A program made the position numbers and the translations under genes. From positions 62,001 to 126,000 of the IMG/VR virus record IMGVR_UViG_3300045996_002337: a DNA stretch of 64,000 bases; one strand, 5' to 3'. Within the stretch, counting starts at the first letter, position 1. Each line of letters starts with the position of its first letter. The notes beneath the pieces are model-generated. The model had not been told where the DNA came from. It made no database searches and saw only the letters and a program-made list of their open reading frames with translations. Below, piece after piece: positions 48,330 to 56,691 of the stretch.

Positions 48330-48466
48330 AGATTTCGATCTGTCAAAATTCGCTTAAGGGCACGAAACTCCATTCGTGCTGCGAATTTTGCGGCGAGCGC
48401 CCCATCTACAATGCAGCGCACCGTGATGACAGGAACGAAGATCAGAAGGGCGATGATTTTGTACAT
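48326..48466 (-). CDS. 46-aa membrane-associated mini-protein (MYKIIALLIFVPV...)
   Basis: Not in the ORF track; ATG 6 nt after TATAAT. Confidence 0.4.
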   Translation of the reverse strand: MYKIIALLIFVPVITVRCIVDGALAAKFAARMEFRALKRILTDRNL

Positions 48467-48510
48467 GATGCTATTATAAACAGACTATAGCTTCACAACC
48501 GACTGTTACA

Positions 48511-49299
48511 TCATGTGCGCTTGCGTTTCTTCTGCTTCTTCAAGGGCTTCTTGATGGTGCAGGAAGGCGCTTGAAAATCTGAATCACCCAGCTTCCTGCG
48601 TAGTTCAGCAAGATCGCACCAACGAGTTCTGACAGTCGAAGAGCCAAGAATGACAATCGTGACAAGTCGATCTTTGATCTTCAGAACGGTAACGACGCAG
48701 CCACCTGCCTGATTAATGAATCCGGTTTTCGTCAGCAGAAAATCCCAAGTCGGTTTCCCTGTCAGCGGGTTTGTGTTCTTTCGAACGTGATTGCCGACAT
48801 AAGCCATCGGTTGAACAGACATCAGGGCCGCGTCTGAGCCTACCATTTTCTGTGCCAACTGGGCTATTGACCTGGCAGTGGACACGTTCTTAGGGTTCAA
48901 TCCAGAGCCTTCTAGAATTACCGTGTCAGCTGGCAATGGAACCTCAGGTACTCGGCTGAGGGCCAGCGCAGCCACATTATCTGAACGAACCATTGCGAGG
49001 GAAAGTAGATCGCGCCGTGAATAGGAATGACCCGCGATCAGGGGACTGCTTCGTGATTCCCCCTTTCGAACGTCCTCAGCTGTAACGATGATGTGTTCAT
49101 CGAGAGGAAGTCCTGCGTTGCGTTCCGCTATGAACAGCTTCGTGATGGACGCCATGGGGCGTCGCACGTCTGGGGCGTGCTCAAGAAGCACGTTACCTTC
49201 TTCGTCCAGCGCAATGTAGGACTTTGCCGTTGTGGCGCCTGCGAGAATTGGAAAGCAAAGGAGGACGGGCGCGAGGAATTTTAAAGCAAACGATTGCAT
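48511..49299 (-). CDS. D-alanyl-D-alanine endo/carboxypeptidase (peptidase S11, PBP7-like)
   Basis: Signal peptide, 'ASITK', 'SDN', 'KTG'. Confidence 0.9.
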   Translation of the reverse strand: MQSFALKFLAPVLLCFPILAGATTAKSYIALDEEGNVLLEHAPDVRRPMASITKLFIAERNAGLPLDEHIIVTAEDVRKGESRSSPLIAGHSYSRRDLLSLAMVRSDNVAALALSRVPEVPLPADTVILEGSGLNPKNVSTARSIAQLAQKMVGSDAALMSVQPMAYVGNHVRKNTNPLTGKPTWDFLLTKTGFINQAGGCVVTVLKIKDRLVTIVILGSSTVRTRWCDLAELRRKLGDSDFQAPSCTIKKPLKKQKKRKRT

Positions 49300-49688
49300 C
49301 TTACCAGTTCAGTGTGCGCTTGATTCACCACACCAAGCGTGAAATTCTTCAGAGGGATATCCTGACGAATGAAGAAGAGCATCGTGGCTTCCATTGTTGC
49401 CTTCAGCTCATTGAGGTACTGGGTTTCAACTCCCAAACGGCTCAAAATTCGATCGTCTTCTCTCTTCCATCGCTCAATCTCGAGCGAAATTTGGCGAAGC
49501 AGCTGGGCCATCTCGCTGATTGCAAGATTCAGTCCATCGCTTTTAATGCGATCTGATTTTGTGATCGCGGGATAAAGATCGCAGTAAAACTGCGCGGCAT
49601 CGAGGAGGTCGTCAACCTGTTCAGCGAGTTTAATGAAAGCGACATCAGCTTGTGCGATGAGGCTTTCACGTAGCCGGGTATTGTCCAT
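49281..49688 (-). CDS. Hypothetical helical protein
   Basis: AGGAG SD; GTAAATA at 49708-49714. Confidence 0.5.
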   Translation of the reverse strand: MDNTRLRESLIAQADVAFIKLAEQVDDLLDAAQFYCDLYPAITKSDRIKSDGLNLAISEMAQLLRQISLEIERWKREDDRILSRLGVETQYLNELKATMEATMLFFIRQDIPLKNFTLGVVNQAHTELVRCNRLL

Positions 49689-49718
49689 GGTTCTCCTATT
49701 AACCGTCTATTTACGACT

Positions 49719-49886
49719 TTATCGCTTGAGAAAAAGCAGCTTCAGAAGAAAGACCGTCACGATGATCAGAATCCCAAGCACGAGAACAGAAGCGATGACG
49801 AACGACACCCGAATAATCACGGTGAAGAGGAGCAGGCCGATGAAAACACCGAGGACTGCGCACAGAATATACGGAAGTTTGCTCAT
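49719..49886 (-). CDS. 55-aa two-TM membrane protein (MSKLPYILCAVLGVF...)
   Basis: Not in the ORF track; ATGA-coupled, GGAG SD, almost wholly hydrophobic. Confidence 0.55.
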   Translation of the reverse strand: MSKLPYILCAVLGVFIGLLLFTVIIRVSFVIASVLVLGILIIVTVFLLKLLFLKR

Positions 49887-50209
49887 GCCTTCTCCTCAAA
49901 TTTTGCCTTCAGCTCTTCGTACTGCCGACGTTCCCATTGTTCCCGGTACAGCTTCGTTTCAGCTTCTGACGCTTCGCGTTTGGCCGTTTCTTCTGCGGTT
50001 TCCGGTCGCTGGAACGTCATGGCAAAGTACACCGCGGGATTTTCATCGTACGTGTGGTGTTCCTCAACCACGCCGAATGTGGCAGATGCACGTTGATCTT
50101 CGGGCAGGTCTTCGAGCGCAACGTTGATGGCGTCCATGAGCTCCGGCAGCGTGTGATTTTCGTACGTACCGAACAGATAGCGCGTTTTAGATGTCAGTTT
50201 GGTGGTCAT
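49883..50209 (-). CDS. Early hypothetical protein
   Basis: GGAG SD, downstream of an early promoter. Confidence 0.55.
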   Translation of the reverse strand: MTTKLTSKTRYLFGTYENHTLPELMDAINVALEDLPEDQRASATFGVVEEHHTYDENPAVYFAMTFQRPETAEETAKREASEAETKLYREQWERRQYEELKAKFEEKA

Positions 50210-50242
50210 GCGTGGGCTCCGGTAGTGTTTGCGATGAACGGT

Positions 50243-50283
50243 GTTGATAGGTAGATTATATCAACCTGACCCAGGTTGTACAC
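50243..50283 (-). promoter_or_regulatory. Early sigma70-like promoter with hairpin
   Basis: GTGTACA-N16-TATAAT; inverted repeat GTTGATA/TATCAAC around the -10. Confidence 0.75.
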
Positions 50284-50285
50284 TA

Positions 50286-50456
50286 CTAGAAGCACATTGT
50301 GTAGCGAAGCTTTTTACCACGAATACCGATTCGGTCTTGACAGCCATTCTTTTCACTGATGACCCAATAGAGCGAAGGGCGCCCGCTCTTTGGTTCAGCT
50401 TTCATGGTCGAACAACCAGTGAGAAACAAGATCGAAAGGCAAATAAGCAGCTTCAT
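50286..50456 (-). CDS. Small lipoprotein (56 aa)
   Basis: MKLLICLSILFLTGC lipobox; AGGAG SD; GTAAATA at 50480-50486. Confidence 0.65.
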   Translation of the reverse strand: MKLLICLSILFLTGCSTMKAEPKSGRPSLYWVISEKNGCQDRIGIRGKKLRYTMCF

Positions 50457-50501
50457 ACAACATCTCCTTAGCACTCTGATATTTACCAGTCGATCAACCT
50501 G

Positions 50502-50645
50502 TCAATCGTAGCGAAACTGAAACCAGTGATATCGAGCCATGAACGCGGACTTTGACAGGTCGATGACTCGGATTTGATTACCGTGGTCATCGACGATGTG
50601 GGTCAGGATGAAGACGCCTGACCCAGGGATTGCAAATTCAGTCAT
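50502..50645 (-). CDS. 47-aa mini-protein (MTEFAIPGSGVFILTH...)
   Basis: Not in the ORF track; ATG overlaps the upstream stop (ATGACTGA). Confidence 0.4.
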   Translation of the reverse strand: MTEFAIPGSGVFILTHIVDDHGNQIRVIDLSKSAFMARYHWFQFRYD

Positions 50646-50955
50646 TGAGCACCGTCACACGGACATCACGCAGCTTCGGGTTGTGGAATACGTCGGCCCA
50701 TGTCGGGCGGAATTCCCAAAATCGGATGTCACCATCTGCATCACGTTGCTCGGCAACCATCTCGAACTCGACCTCTGCGCCAGTCTTGCTTGACACCATC
50801 ACGAAGCCACGTTCGGCGCTGTTGATGTAGAGCTGACCCATCGGATCCACACCGCCGTGACTAAGCATCGAAATCTCAGCCACGAATTCTTTGCTCTTGG
50901 GGATGAAGTCAAACTTGGAGGAATTGACCTTGCAACCAATGACGGGGTTCTGCAT
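50638..50955 (-). CDS. Early hypothetical protein
   Basis: Downstream of an early promoter. Confidence 0.55.
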   Translation of the reverse strand: MQNPVIGCKVNSSKFDFIPKSKEFVAEISMLSHGGVDPMGQLYINSAERGFVMVSSKTGAEVEFEMVAEQRDADGDIRFWEFRPTWADVFHNPKLRDVRVTVLND

Positions 50956-50970
50956 GTTGGGTTCCTGGTG

Positions 50971-51015
50971 GGTTGGTATGAAGCTATTATACTCAACCTA
51001 TGTTAGCTTGTACAC
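50971..51015 (-). promoter_or_regulatory. Early sigma70-like promoter with hairpin
   Basis: GTGTACA-N17-TATAAT; GGTTGGTAT/ATAC(T)CAACC. Confidence 0.75.
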
Positions 51016-51053
51016 CGCTATCTAGCAACTAATGCTATAATTGTTGCGCGCTG

Positions 51054-51383
51054 TTATGTCAGTGCCTCGTCGAAGTAGGACTCGTCAGTTGCATACCAGC
51101 TGTCTTCGATCACAGCATTTTCCTGCACGACTTTTCCGATCACGACGTGTTTCTTCGACGAGCTTAGCTCAATCTCACGCAGTGAGATTTTCTTTGCGAT
51201 GAAGGCCCGCACAGACTCGATGTCTGTCTCGATGATCATCCACACGTCCTCGTTCTCGACGACGTCTACCCACTTTCTGAGTGCGATTTCCCCATCAAGG
51301 GTTTCATAAAGACTCAGCACGGGACCATCGAACCACAGCAGGTCCTCAAGGAAGACAAGTTTGTCGATGTCGATTTTGGTCAT
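51054..51383 (-). CDS. Hypothetical protein (DUF6575-like)
   Basis: 'FDGP.L', 'WVD', 'ISLRE'; start moved to 51383. Confidence 0.45.
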   Translation of the reverse strand: MTKIDIDKLVFLEDLLWFDGPVLSLYETLDGEIALRKWVDVVENEDVWMIIETDIESVRAFIAKKISLREIELSSSKKHVVIGKVVQENAVIEDSWYATDESYFDEALT

Positions 51384-51481
51384 GTTTAACCTTAGTGTGA
51401 AATGGAGTAGAGGAGCATGCAAGCAACGCCGATCAGGAAGATAGCTTGCGGCCACGTGAATTCGGGTGGTTCGTTTTGCAT

Positions 51482-51985
51482 TTAGGTGCACTCATAGAGC
51501 GTATTTTTCTTGCCACTGTTTGCAAGACGGATGCTCGAGCGCATCCGCAAGCGAAGGACTCGAGCTTCATCGGACTCTTCGCCAGCACGAGGCATCACCC
51601 GAAGCACCGGTACTGGTTCACCTTGCTCGGTGCACCGAGCAGCTTTGCGTTGCAGCTTTGCCGTGGTACTGTAGCGGGTCTTCCACGTCCTCAGTTCGCT
51701 GATCAAAATGTTTGTCACTAGTTCCTGAGCTAGCTTGTCAGGTAGCTGAAGGGCGCCCGCCCGCATCGCCGTGTCCATCATGGCTAGAACACGCCCGAAC
51801 GTTGACGGTAGAATCTCGTCAGTGCGTATGTGGGCCATCACGATGTCCTTCAAGGTTCCGCGCCAGATTTCAAGTTTGCGGGCGACCTTCCGATTGAGGG
51901 CCGCATCGCCCTTCTCGTTCAGGTACAACGTCAGGTACAGCGCCGCTGGGGACTTACCGTATGTGTTCTTACTGAGGTTCAGCAT
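51482..51985 (-). CDS. Hypothetical basic protein
   Basis: Start moved to 51985. Confidence 0.5.
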   Translation of the reverse strand: MLNLSKNTYGKSPAALYLTLYLNEKGDAALNRKVARKLEIWRGTLKDIVMAHIRTDEILPSTFGRVLAMMDTAMRAGALQLPDKLAQELVTNILISELRTWKTRYSTTAKLQRKAARCTEQGEPVPVLRVMPRAGEESDEARVLRLRMRSSIRLANSGKKNTLYECT

Positions 51986-51986
51986 A

Positions 51987-52418
51987 TTAGCTCGCGTATT
52001 TTGCATGGAACTTCTCCAGATCGGCTTCGATGGAACCGTAACCCTTGCGGACTCTGCCATCGTGCAACCAGTTCACCAGCTTCTCGACCTTCGCGAATGC
52101 CTCGTACTTGTAGTTGAAGGTCCAGTCCTTGGTGTCTTCCCAATCACGTGCTTCCGAGGTGACCACATAGGCGCCGTCTTCACGCTGCGTGATGGGATAC
52201 TGCTTCTTCGCGAGCTCCCACCAGTCCGAGCCCGTGTGCTTTTCAAGGAAGTTCTTTTCCTTGGCAGCCATCTCGCTGTCCATGAGGGATTTGGCAGTAC
52301 GCGCAAGATTCGCGATCGTGGTCTCAAGAAGCGGACTCGGGTTGATGGCGAACTGTCGCTTCATTTTTTCAAGAATGAGAAACGTTTGAGCTGCAGTTTG
52401 CTTAATCATCTTACCCAT
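51987..52418 (-). CDS. Early hypothetical protein
   Basis: AAGGA SD, downstream of an early promoter. Confidence 0.6.
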   Translation of the reverse strand: MGKMIKQTAAQTFLILEKMKRQFAINPSPLLETTIANLARTAKSLMDSEMAAKEKNFLEKHTGSDWWELAKKQYPITQREDGAYVVTSEARDWEDTKDWTFNYKYEAFAKVEKLVNWLHDGRVRKGYGSIEADLEKFHAKYAS

Positions 52419-52434
52419 GCTGCTTCCTTAAGGT

Positions 52435-52477
52435 GGTCGATGGGTTGATTATACACCCATCGACCTGCGTTGTACAC
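52435..52477 (-). promoter_or_regulatory. Early sigma70-like promoter with perfect 11-bp hairpin
   Basis: GTGTACA-N17-TATAAT; GGTCGATGGGT/ACCCATCGACC flanks the -10. Confidence 0.8.
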
Positions 52478-52483
52478 TACTTC

Positions 52484-53962
52484 TTAGGTGATGTTAGCAA
52501 GCGCAATACGCTTCCACAGCTTCGAGCCGGAGTTCGCAACTTGGATCACGTTCAGCAGGGAGCGGCTCGAGATTTCTGCCGCGATTTCACGGTTGTCGTA
52601 GAGGAACTTGTAAGCTTCTTCCTTGATTTCCATCGAGACACCGGGCGCGAACTTCTCGCTCGGCAGAATTTGACGCATGCGTTCGAAGCGCTCTTCAATC
52701 GTCATCTCGAGGTCTGCACGCAGCGAGCGCGTGATCAGCGGTTGGGGGAAATCTTCGGACTTCACGTTCGAGATGAAGATGACGCGGCCTTCAAACAGGA
52801 AGCTGCGCGGCAGGTCGTCGTTGGCCGAGCCTTCCACGTTCCACGTCACCCAACGCTCGGTGTCGGTGTCGAGGGCGGCCTTCAGCAGGTTTGCCGAGAC
52901 CTCATTCTTCCATGCGGCGTCGCAGTCATCAAACACGACGAGCTTCTTCTTGTTCTCGAACAGCGTACGGAAGAGGCCCTTGGCGCTCGAGTAACCTTTG
53001 ACATAGTGATAGTCACCTGCCAGGTCGGGGGCTTGCTTGACGTTCTCTACGTCCATGGTGTGATATCGGTCGGCAGGGATGCCGAAAACCGACGTCATGA
53101 TCTTGCACCATTCCTTGCCGTGGCCCTGCTTCACCTTAAGGCTCTTGGGGAAGAGCATAAATTGCACGTGGTGGGCAACCTCGTGCGGCACGATGATGTC
53201 GTAGTACTCGCTGGGGTTCGCCATCGCCAGCTTGATGTTGAACTGATACTTGTTGGTACCGGGGAAGAACCGACCGCCACAGGTGCGATCCTCGAGTGAT
53301 TTGGAGGTGTGCAGGCCGGTGAAGTCCACATCACCAAAGACCAGCTCGAGCTCGTCGAGTTCCTCGTCTTCTTCGTCCTCGTCCTCGTCTCGATCGGCCT
53401 TGCTGGTCTTCGGGAGACCATGTTCCTTGTAGTACGCGATCGCTTGGGCACGGCATTCCTTCATGCGACGAAGGATGTTGTCGGCTACGACTTGTTCTTC
53501 CGGTGTGAGGGTGTAGGCAAGCTTCATGGCTTCCTCGGTGGAGAGGAGACCGTGTTCGCGAATCTTTTCCTTCGTGTGGAAGGTCTTACCGAGCGAACCC
53601 TCACCGGTGATGATCAGCGATCGAATGCCGATGTTGCGGATCACGATATCGACGCACTCGTCGAGCAGCTCGTAACGTTCCTCAACGCTGAGGAGGTTGT
53701 TCGGCTTAACGCGGGGAGCTTGCGGGGTATAGGCGCGCGAGACGCCTTCCGACGTGGGGCTCGGTGCAAAATTGACTGGGCCGAGGTTGGAGAAACCTGT
53801 CACGTTCAGCTTGAGGGCCTTCGAGCACTTGCCCTCGAGAATGCGGGAGATGACATACTGCTTCGACGATTCGCCACCAACTGAACGCACAAGAACTTGG
53901 CCGTCAAATTCGGCAGACCAAGTGTTGGTGTTTTCGTCGTGGCAAAGGGTTGCGAGATTCAT
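52484..53962 (-). CDS. AAA+ ATPase with nested SprT-like zinc metalloprotease domain
   Basis: Walker A GEGSLGKT; HEVAH...GHGKEW; Walker B VVFDDCD; start moved to 53962. Confidence 0.75.
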   Translation of the reverse strand: MNLATLCHDENTNTWSAEFDGQVLVRSVGGESSKQYVISRILEGKCSKALKLNVTGFSNLGPVNFAPSPTSEGVSRAYTPQAPRVKPNNLLSVEERYELLDECVDIVIRNIGIRSLIITGEGSLGKTFHTKEKIREHGLLSTEEAMKLAYTLTPEEQVVADNILRRMKECRAQAIAYYKEHGLPKTSKADRDEDEDEEDEELDELELVFGDVDFTGLHTSKSLEDRTCGGRFFPGTNKYQFNIKLAMANPSEYYDIIVPHEVAHHVQFMLFPKSLKVKQGHGKEWCKIMTSVFGIPADRYHTMDVENVKQAPDLAGDYHYVKGYSSAKGLFRTLFENKKKLVVFDDCDAAWKNEVSANLLKAALDTDTERWVTWNVEGSANDDLPRSFLFEGRVIFISNVKSEDFPQPLITRSLRADLEMTIEERFERMRQILPSEKFAPGVSMEIKEEAYKFLYDNREIAAEISSRSLLNVIQVANSGSKLWKRIALANIT

Positions 53963-53971
53963 TCGGTGATT

Positions 53972-54024
53972 TCCTGCAGTGGAGTTGATAGGATAGATTA
54001 TATCCACTCCATGCAGGATGTACA
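53972..54024 (-). promoter_or_regulatory. Early sigma70-like promoter within a long hairpin
   Basis: TGTACA-N16-TATAAT; stems TCCTGCA/TGCAGGA, TGGAGT/ACTCCA, GGATA/TATCC, loop GATTA. Confidence 0.8.
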
Positions 54025-54047
54025 ACATTGAGTTGTAACCGTTTACT

Positions 54048-54416
54048 CTAACTTGTTGCGTCGATGGCGGGTGGTTGCGGCAGCGACATCCAGTAGGTCG
54101 GCTCAACGACGCAGCCGTTGATTGCCTCCCAATAAACCAAGTCGTGTTTTTCGTTGCGCCAACCAGCAGAAACTACGCACGCCCCAAGTCCAGGCGCATA
54201 AGCCAAGACCCGCCGCCCATCCCTCGGGGCCGACTCAATCGGAAGCCATCGCTCAGCATCCTTCGCCGCGCTGGCCGCCATGTCATGCAGGCGGTCGATG
54301 GCAGAGTACAGACGTCCCAAGGTTGTGACGCGGGATGTGTCACGGCTACGGGCTTGAAGGTTGTCCGCGTACCGCTTGCAATCTTCTGCCAGCGCTTCCG
54401 CCATTTGGTTTTTCAT
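54048..54416 (-). CDS. Hypothetical protein with DUF551-like C-terminus
   Basis: 'WLPIESAPRDG', 'PTYWMSLPQPP'; start moved to 54416. Confidence 0.6.
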   Translation of the reverse strand: MKNQMAEALAEDCKRYADNLQARSRDTSRVTTLGRLYSAIDRLHDMAASAAKDAERWLPIESAPRDGRRVLAYAPGLGACVVSAGWRNEKHDLVYWEAINGCVVEPTYWMSLPQPPAIDATS

Positions 54417-54904
54417 CAAAATGCCTTGGTGAGGGAGAGCTGCAACGCATTCACACCAGGATTCGGGCGCTTGAACCCAGCGTTGCTGAAATGTGAGGCG
54501 CGAACCCCAACAACGATGGAGGGGCCGTATCGCCACCCCACACCGAGATGGTCAGCGAACTGCCACCGAGTGGTGATGTCCTGCTCAGCGAACGTCGTGT
54601 CCGTAAAGTAGGAGACGCCGATGCCTGCCTCAACGAACCACCGCGGATTCAAGTTGGCCCGCAGCATAGGGACTGCTGACAGCTGTACAGATCCGCCATT
54701 TGGGCCGTGCCAAAAAGACACGCCGACTTCGGGATGCATCATGATCGAGTATTTCCCGAATTCGCTAACGAACTTCGGTTCGAAGAGGCGATTAACCGTT
54801 ACGCGATACGTCCGCTTCTCGCCACCCACTTGGGCTGAATACAGCGTGTCTGCTTGAGCGGAGGTGGCGAGAAGCGCCACCAGGAGGATTGCCGCGCTCT
54901 TCAT
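54416..54904 (-). CDS. pagL: Lipid A 3-O-deacylase PagL
   Basis: Signal peptide, beta-barrel pattern, 'FVEAGIG', 'QFADH', 'HFSNAG..RPNPGVN', terminal Phe. Confidence 0.85.
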   Translation of the reverse strand: MKSAAILLVALLATSAQADTLYSAQVGGEKRTYRVTVNRLFEPKFVSEFGKYSIMMHPEVGVSFWHGPNGGSVQLSAVPMLRANLNPRWFVEAGIGVSYFTDTTFAEQDITTRWQFADHLGVGWRYGPSIVVGVRASHFSNAGFKRPNPGVNALQLSLTKAF

Positions 54905-55104
54905 TACTTGGCCAGAGCAGTTTGAACCTTGCCGAGCAGCGTCTCGAACTTCAGCCGACGAAGGTCCGACTTGGCCCCGACCTTCAGCTTGACGCCGTGG
55001 GCGACGAGCTTATCAAAGTCCTTCGCCTTGCCGGCAAGAACGGAAGCTGCCCAAACGGGGCCGAACGAGAAGCGCTTGCGGGGCTTGGAAACGGTATCAG
55101 TCAT
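54904..55104 (-). CDS. Small basic early protein
   Basis: GGAG SD, first gene after an early promoter. Confidence 0.55.
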   Translation of the reverse strand: MTDTVSKPRKRFSFGPVWAASVLAGKAKDFDKLVAHGVKLKVGAKSDLRRLKFETLLGKVQTALAK

Positions 55105-55146
55105 CTTTTCTCCAAAACAGTTTAGTATGAGTTCATCAAACTTCTG

Positions 55147-55186
55147 ATGATGGTTAGATTATAACCACATTTTGAAAGATGTACAC
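55147..55186 (-). promoter_or_regulatory. Early sigma70-like promoter with hairpin
   Basis: GTGTACA-N16-TATAAT; ATG(A)TGGTTA-GATTA-TAACCACAT. Confidence 0.8.
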
Positions 55187-55188
55187 AC

Positions 55189-55416
55189 TTAAACTGTAAC
55201 GTCGCTAGGAAAGAACGCCGACTTCTTCACGTTGAAATCATAGCTAGAGCGATATTCAACGCCCAAATCTCGAGAAAGAATGCCTAGGATTGACCGTTGA
55301 ATTACGAGGTAATCGTCAAATGACTGCCTCAAACTGAAACCACGAGGTGGCAGATCAAAGCACGCGCGGTCTGAAATAGATGACAGCACAAAATCTCTAA
55401 ATTCTTCGTTGGTCAT
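55189..55416 (-). CDS. Hypothetical protein
   Basis: TAATG-coupled ORF. Confidence 0.45.
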   Translation of the reverse strand: MTNEEFRDFVLSSISDRACFDLPPRGFSLRQSFDDYLVIQRSILGILSRDLGVEYRSSYDFNVKKSAFFPSDVTV

Positions 55417-55874
55417 TACCGCACCTTGAGGCGAAGCCAGCTCTCAATTGCTTGACGAACGATTGGCTTGATATCTTCCTTGCTGATAACCACGTCTTCA
55501 GAGATTGAAATTTCCCCATCAAACGTCGGCTCGAATGCACCAGTGGCCACCAAGGCCTCCATCATGTCAATGGTGGCGTGATCAAGCTCGTCATCGTATG
55601 GAACACCTTGGTCAATCGTGTCATGAATCTCCTTGAGAATTTCATCTTGACGATCAACTTTCATAGAGAGCCGCTGAACTTCAGCTTCGAGCTCATCCAC
55701 AGTTTCCATGTACGCAACGAACATGCCGTCAACCTGCGTAATAAGTTCATTGAGTTCCTCACCGGGAGGAACGTGCCCAGTTTCTGAAATTGAGCCTCCA
55801 GAAACTGCATCAAGAATGTCTCGAAGGCGGGCCAACCCGATTTCTTCGTCGCTAACTCTACTTACGATTTCCAT
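55416..55874 (-). CDS. Acidic coiled-coil hypothetical protein
   Basis: AGGAG SD. Confidence 0.55.
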   Translation of the reverse strand: MEIVSRVSDEEIGLARLRDILDAVSGGSISETGHVPPGEELNELITQVDGMFVAYMETVDELEAEVQRLSMKVDRQDEILKEIHDTIDQGVPYDDELDHATIDMMEALVATGAFEPTFDGEISISEDVVISKEDIKPIVRQAIESWLRLKVR

Positions 55875-56319
55875 TATTGTCTCCTTGATAGAACTGTTGG
55901 AAGCACTGCGTCCAATCTTTACGGATGCATTCCTGCGCCTGGGTTATTTCCATCCGCCCTGAACAAACTTCTTTGCGAAGTCGCACCTCTAGGCGGGTCT
56001 TCGAGAAAACATTCCAATCTGCCCCGTATTCATGGGGCCAAAGGTTCCTTGGATCGTTTGAGCCGCCAATGGACAGCGGAATCAAGTGATCAATCTTGCA
56101 ACCTTTATTACACCGCTCTTTATCAACCTTGTGAGCCCTGTAGACTTTATTCTTGATTGATCTGGAGACATTTCGCGCCTTTGCGGGATAGTCTTTGGCG
56201 CACACTAGAACTGTGTCGGTTGACGCAACAAGCCCTGGCGTTAATTCTGGGGATGGGAGATATGGATATGACTGCGCCGTTGTCGCGCAAAAGAGAAGAA
56301 GCCAGATGCCGCTGCGCAT
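55858..56319 (-). CDS. HNH nuclease with signal peptide (probably exported)
   Basis: 'MRSGIWLLLFCATTAQS', 'IDHLIPLSIGGSND..NLWP', several Cys. Confidence 0.7.
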   Translation of the reverse strand: MRSGIWLLLFCATTAQSYPYLPSPELTPGLVASTDTVLVCAKDYPAKARNVSRSIKNKVYRAHKVDKERCNKGCKIDHLIPLSIGGSNDPRNLWPHEYGADWNVFSKTRLEVRLRKEVCSGRMEITQAQECIRKDWTQCFQQFYQGDNNGNRK

Positions 56320-56325
56320 GGGGCC

Positions 56326-56589
56326 TCAATCTGGAACGTAGCCAACGAGGGCTTCAGTTCCACTTGGGCAAAATGCCAAAAGCTCGGTGAGCTCATCAGC
56401 ATCGACATCCGTGGGATCAACTGGACCGAACCGCTCAATGAACGTTAGGTCTTCGGCTTGACCTTTGAAGCCGACGCCTTCATAAGAAATTTGACCGCGA
56501 TTATTGTTGGTGACGACCAGGTATTCTTGAACTTCAGTGTTGAGATAAATTTGACCAACAAGAATCAAAGGTGACTTGATAGGCGACAT
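56326..56589 (-). CDS. Hypothetical protein
   Basis: GGAG SD; TGTACT-N17-TATAAT promoter at 56649-56677. Confidence 0.55.
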   Translation of the reverse strand: MSPIKSPLILVGQIYLNTEVQEYLVVTNNNRGQISYEGVGFKGQAEDLTFIERFGPVDPTDVDADELTELLAFCPSGTEALVGYVPD

Positions 56590-56691
56590 GTTTTGTACTA
56601 CTCCGGGGTTTATGAAAGTAACATCAATATCATTACCGATGTTACTTCATTATAGAACTACAGGTTAAAATAGTACAATTGTAAACGAAGG

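Noticed and set aside
48344-48390. Long imperfect hairpin as tRNA/ncRNA
   Set aside because: No cloverleaf or T-loop; better explained as a terminator between convergent genes, within a small ORF
52433-53884. Long + strand ORFs (288 and 191 aa) opposite the AAA/SprT gene
   Set aside because: Antisense open frames expected from biased codon usage; same for those opposite the polymerase and Rnl1
55858-56319. Homing endonuclease / mobile element
   Set aside because: Has a signal-like N-terminus, no DNA-binding extension and is not inside a conserved gene
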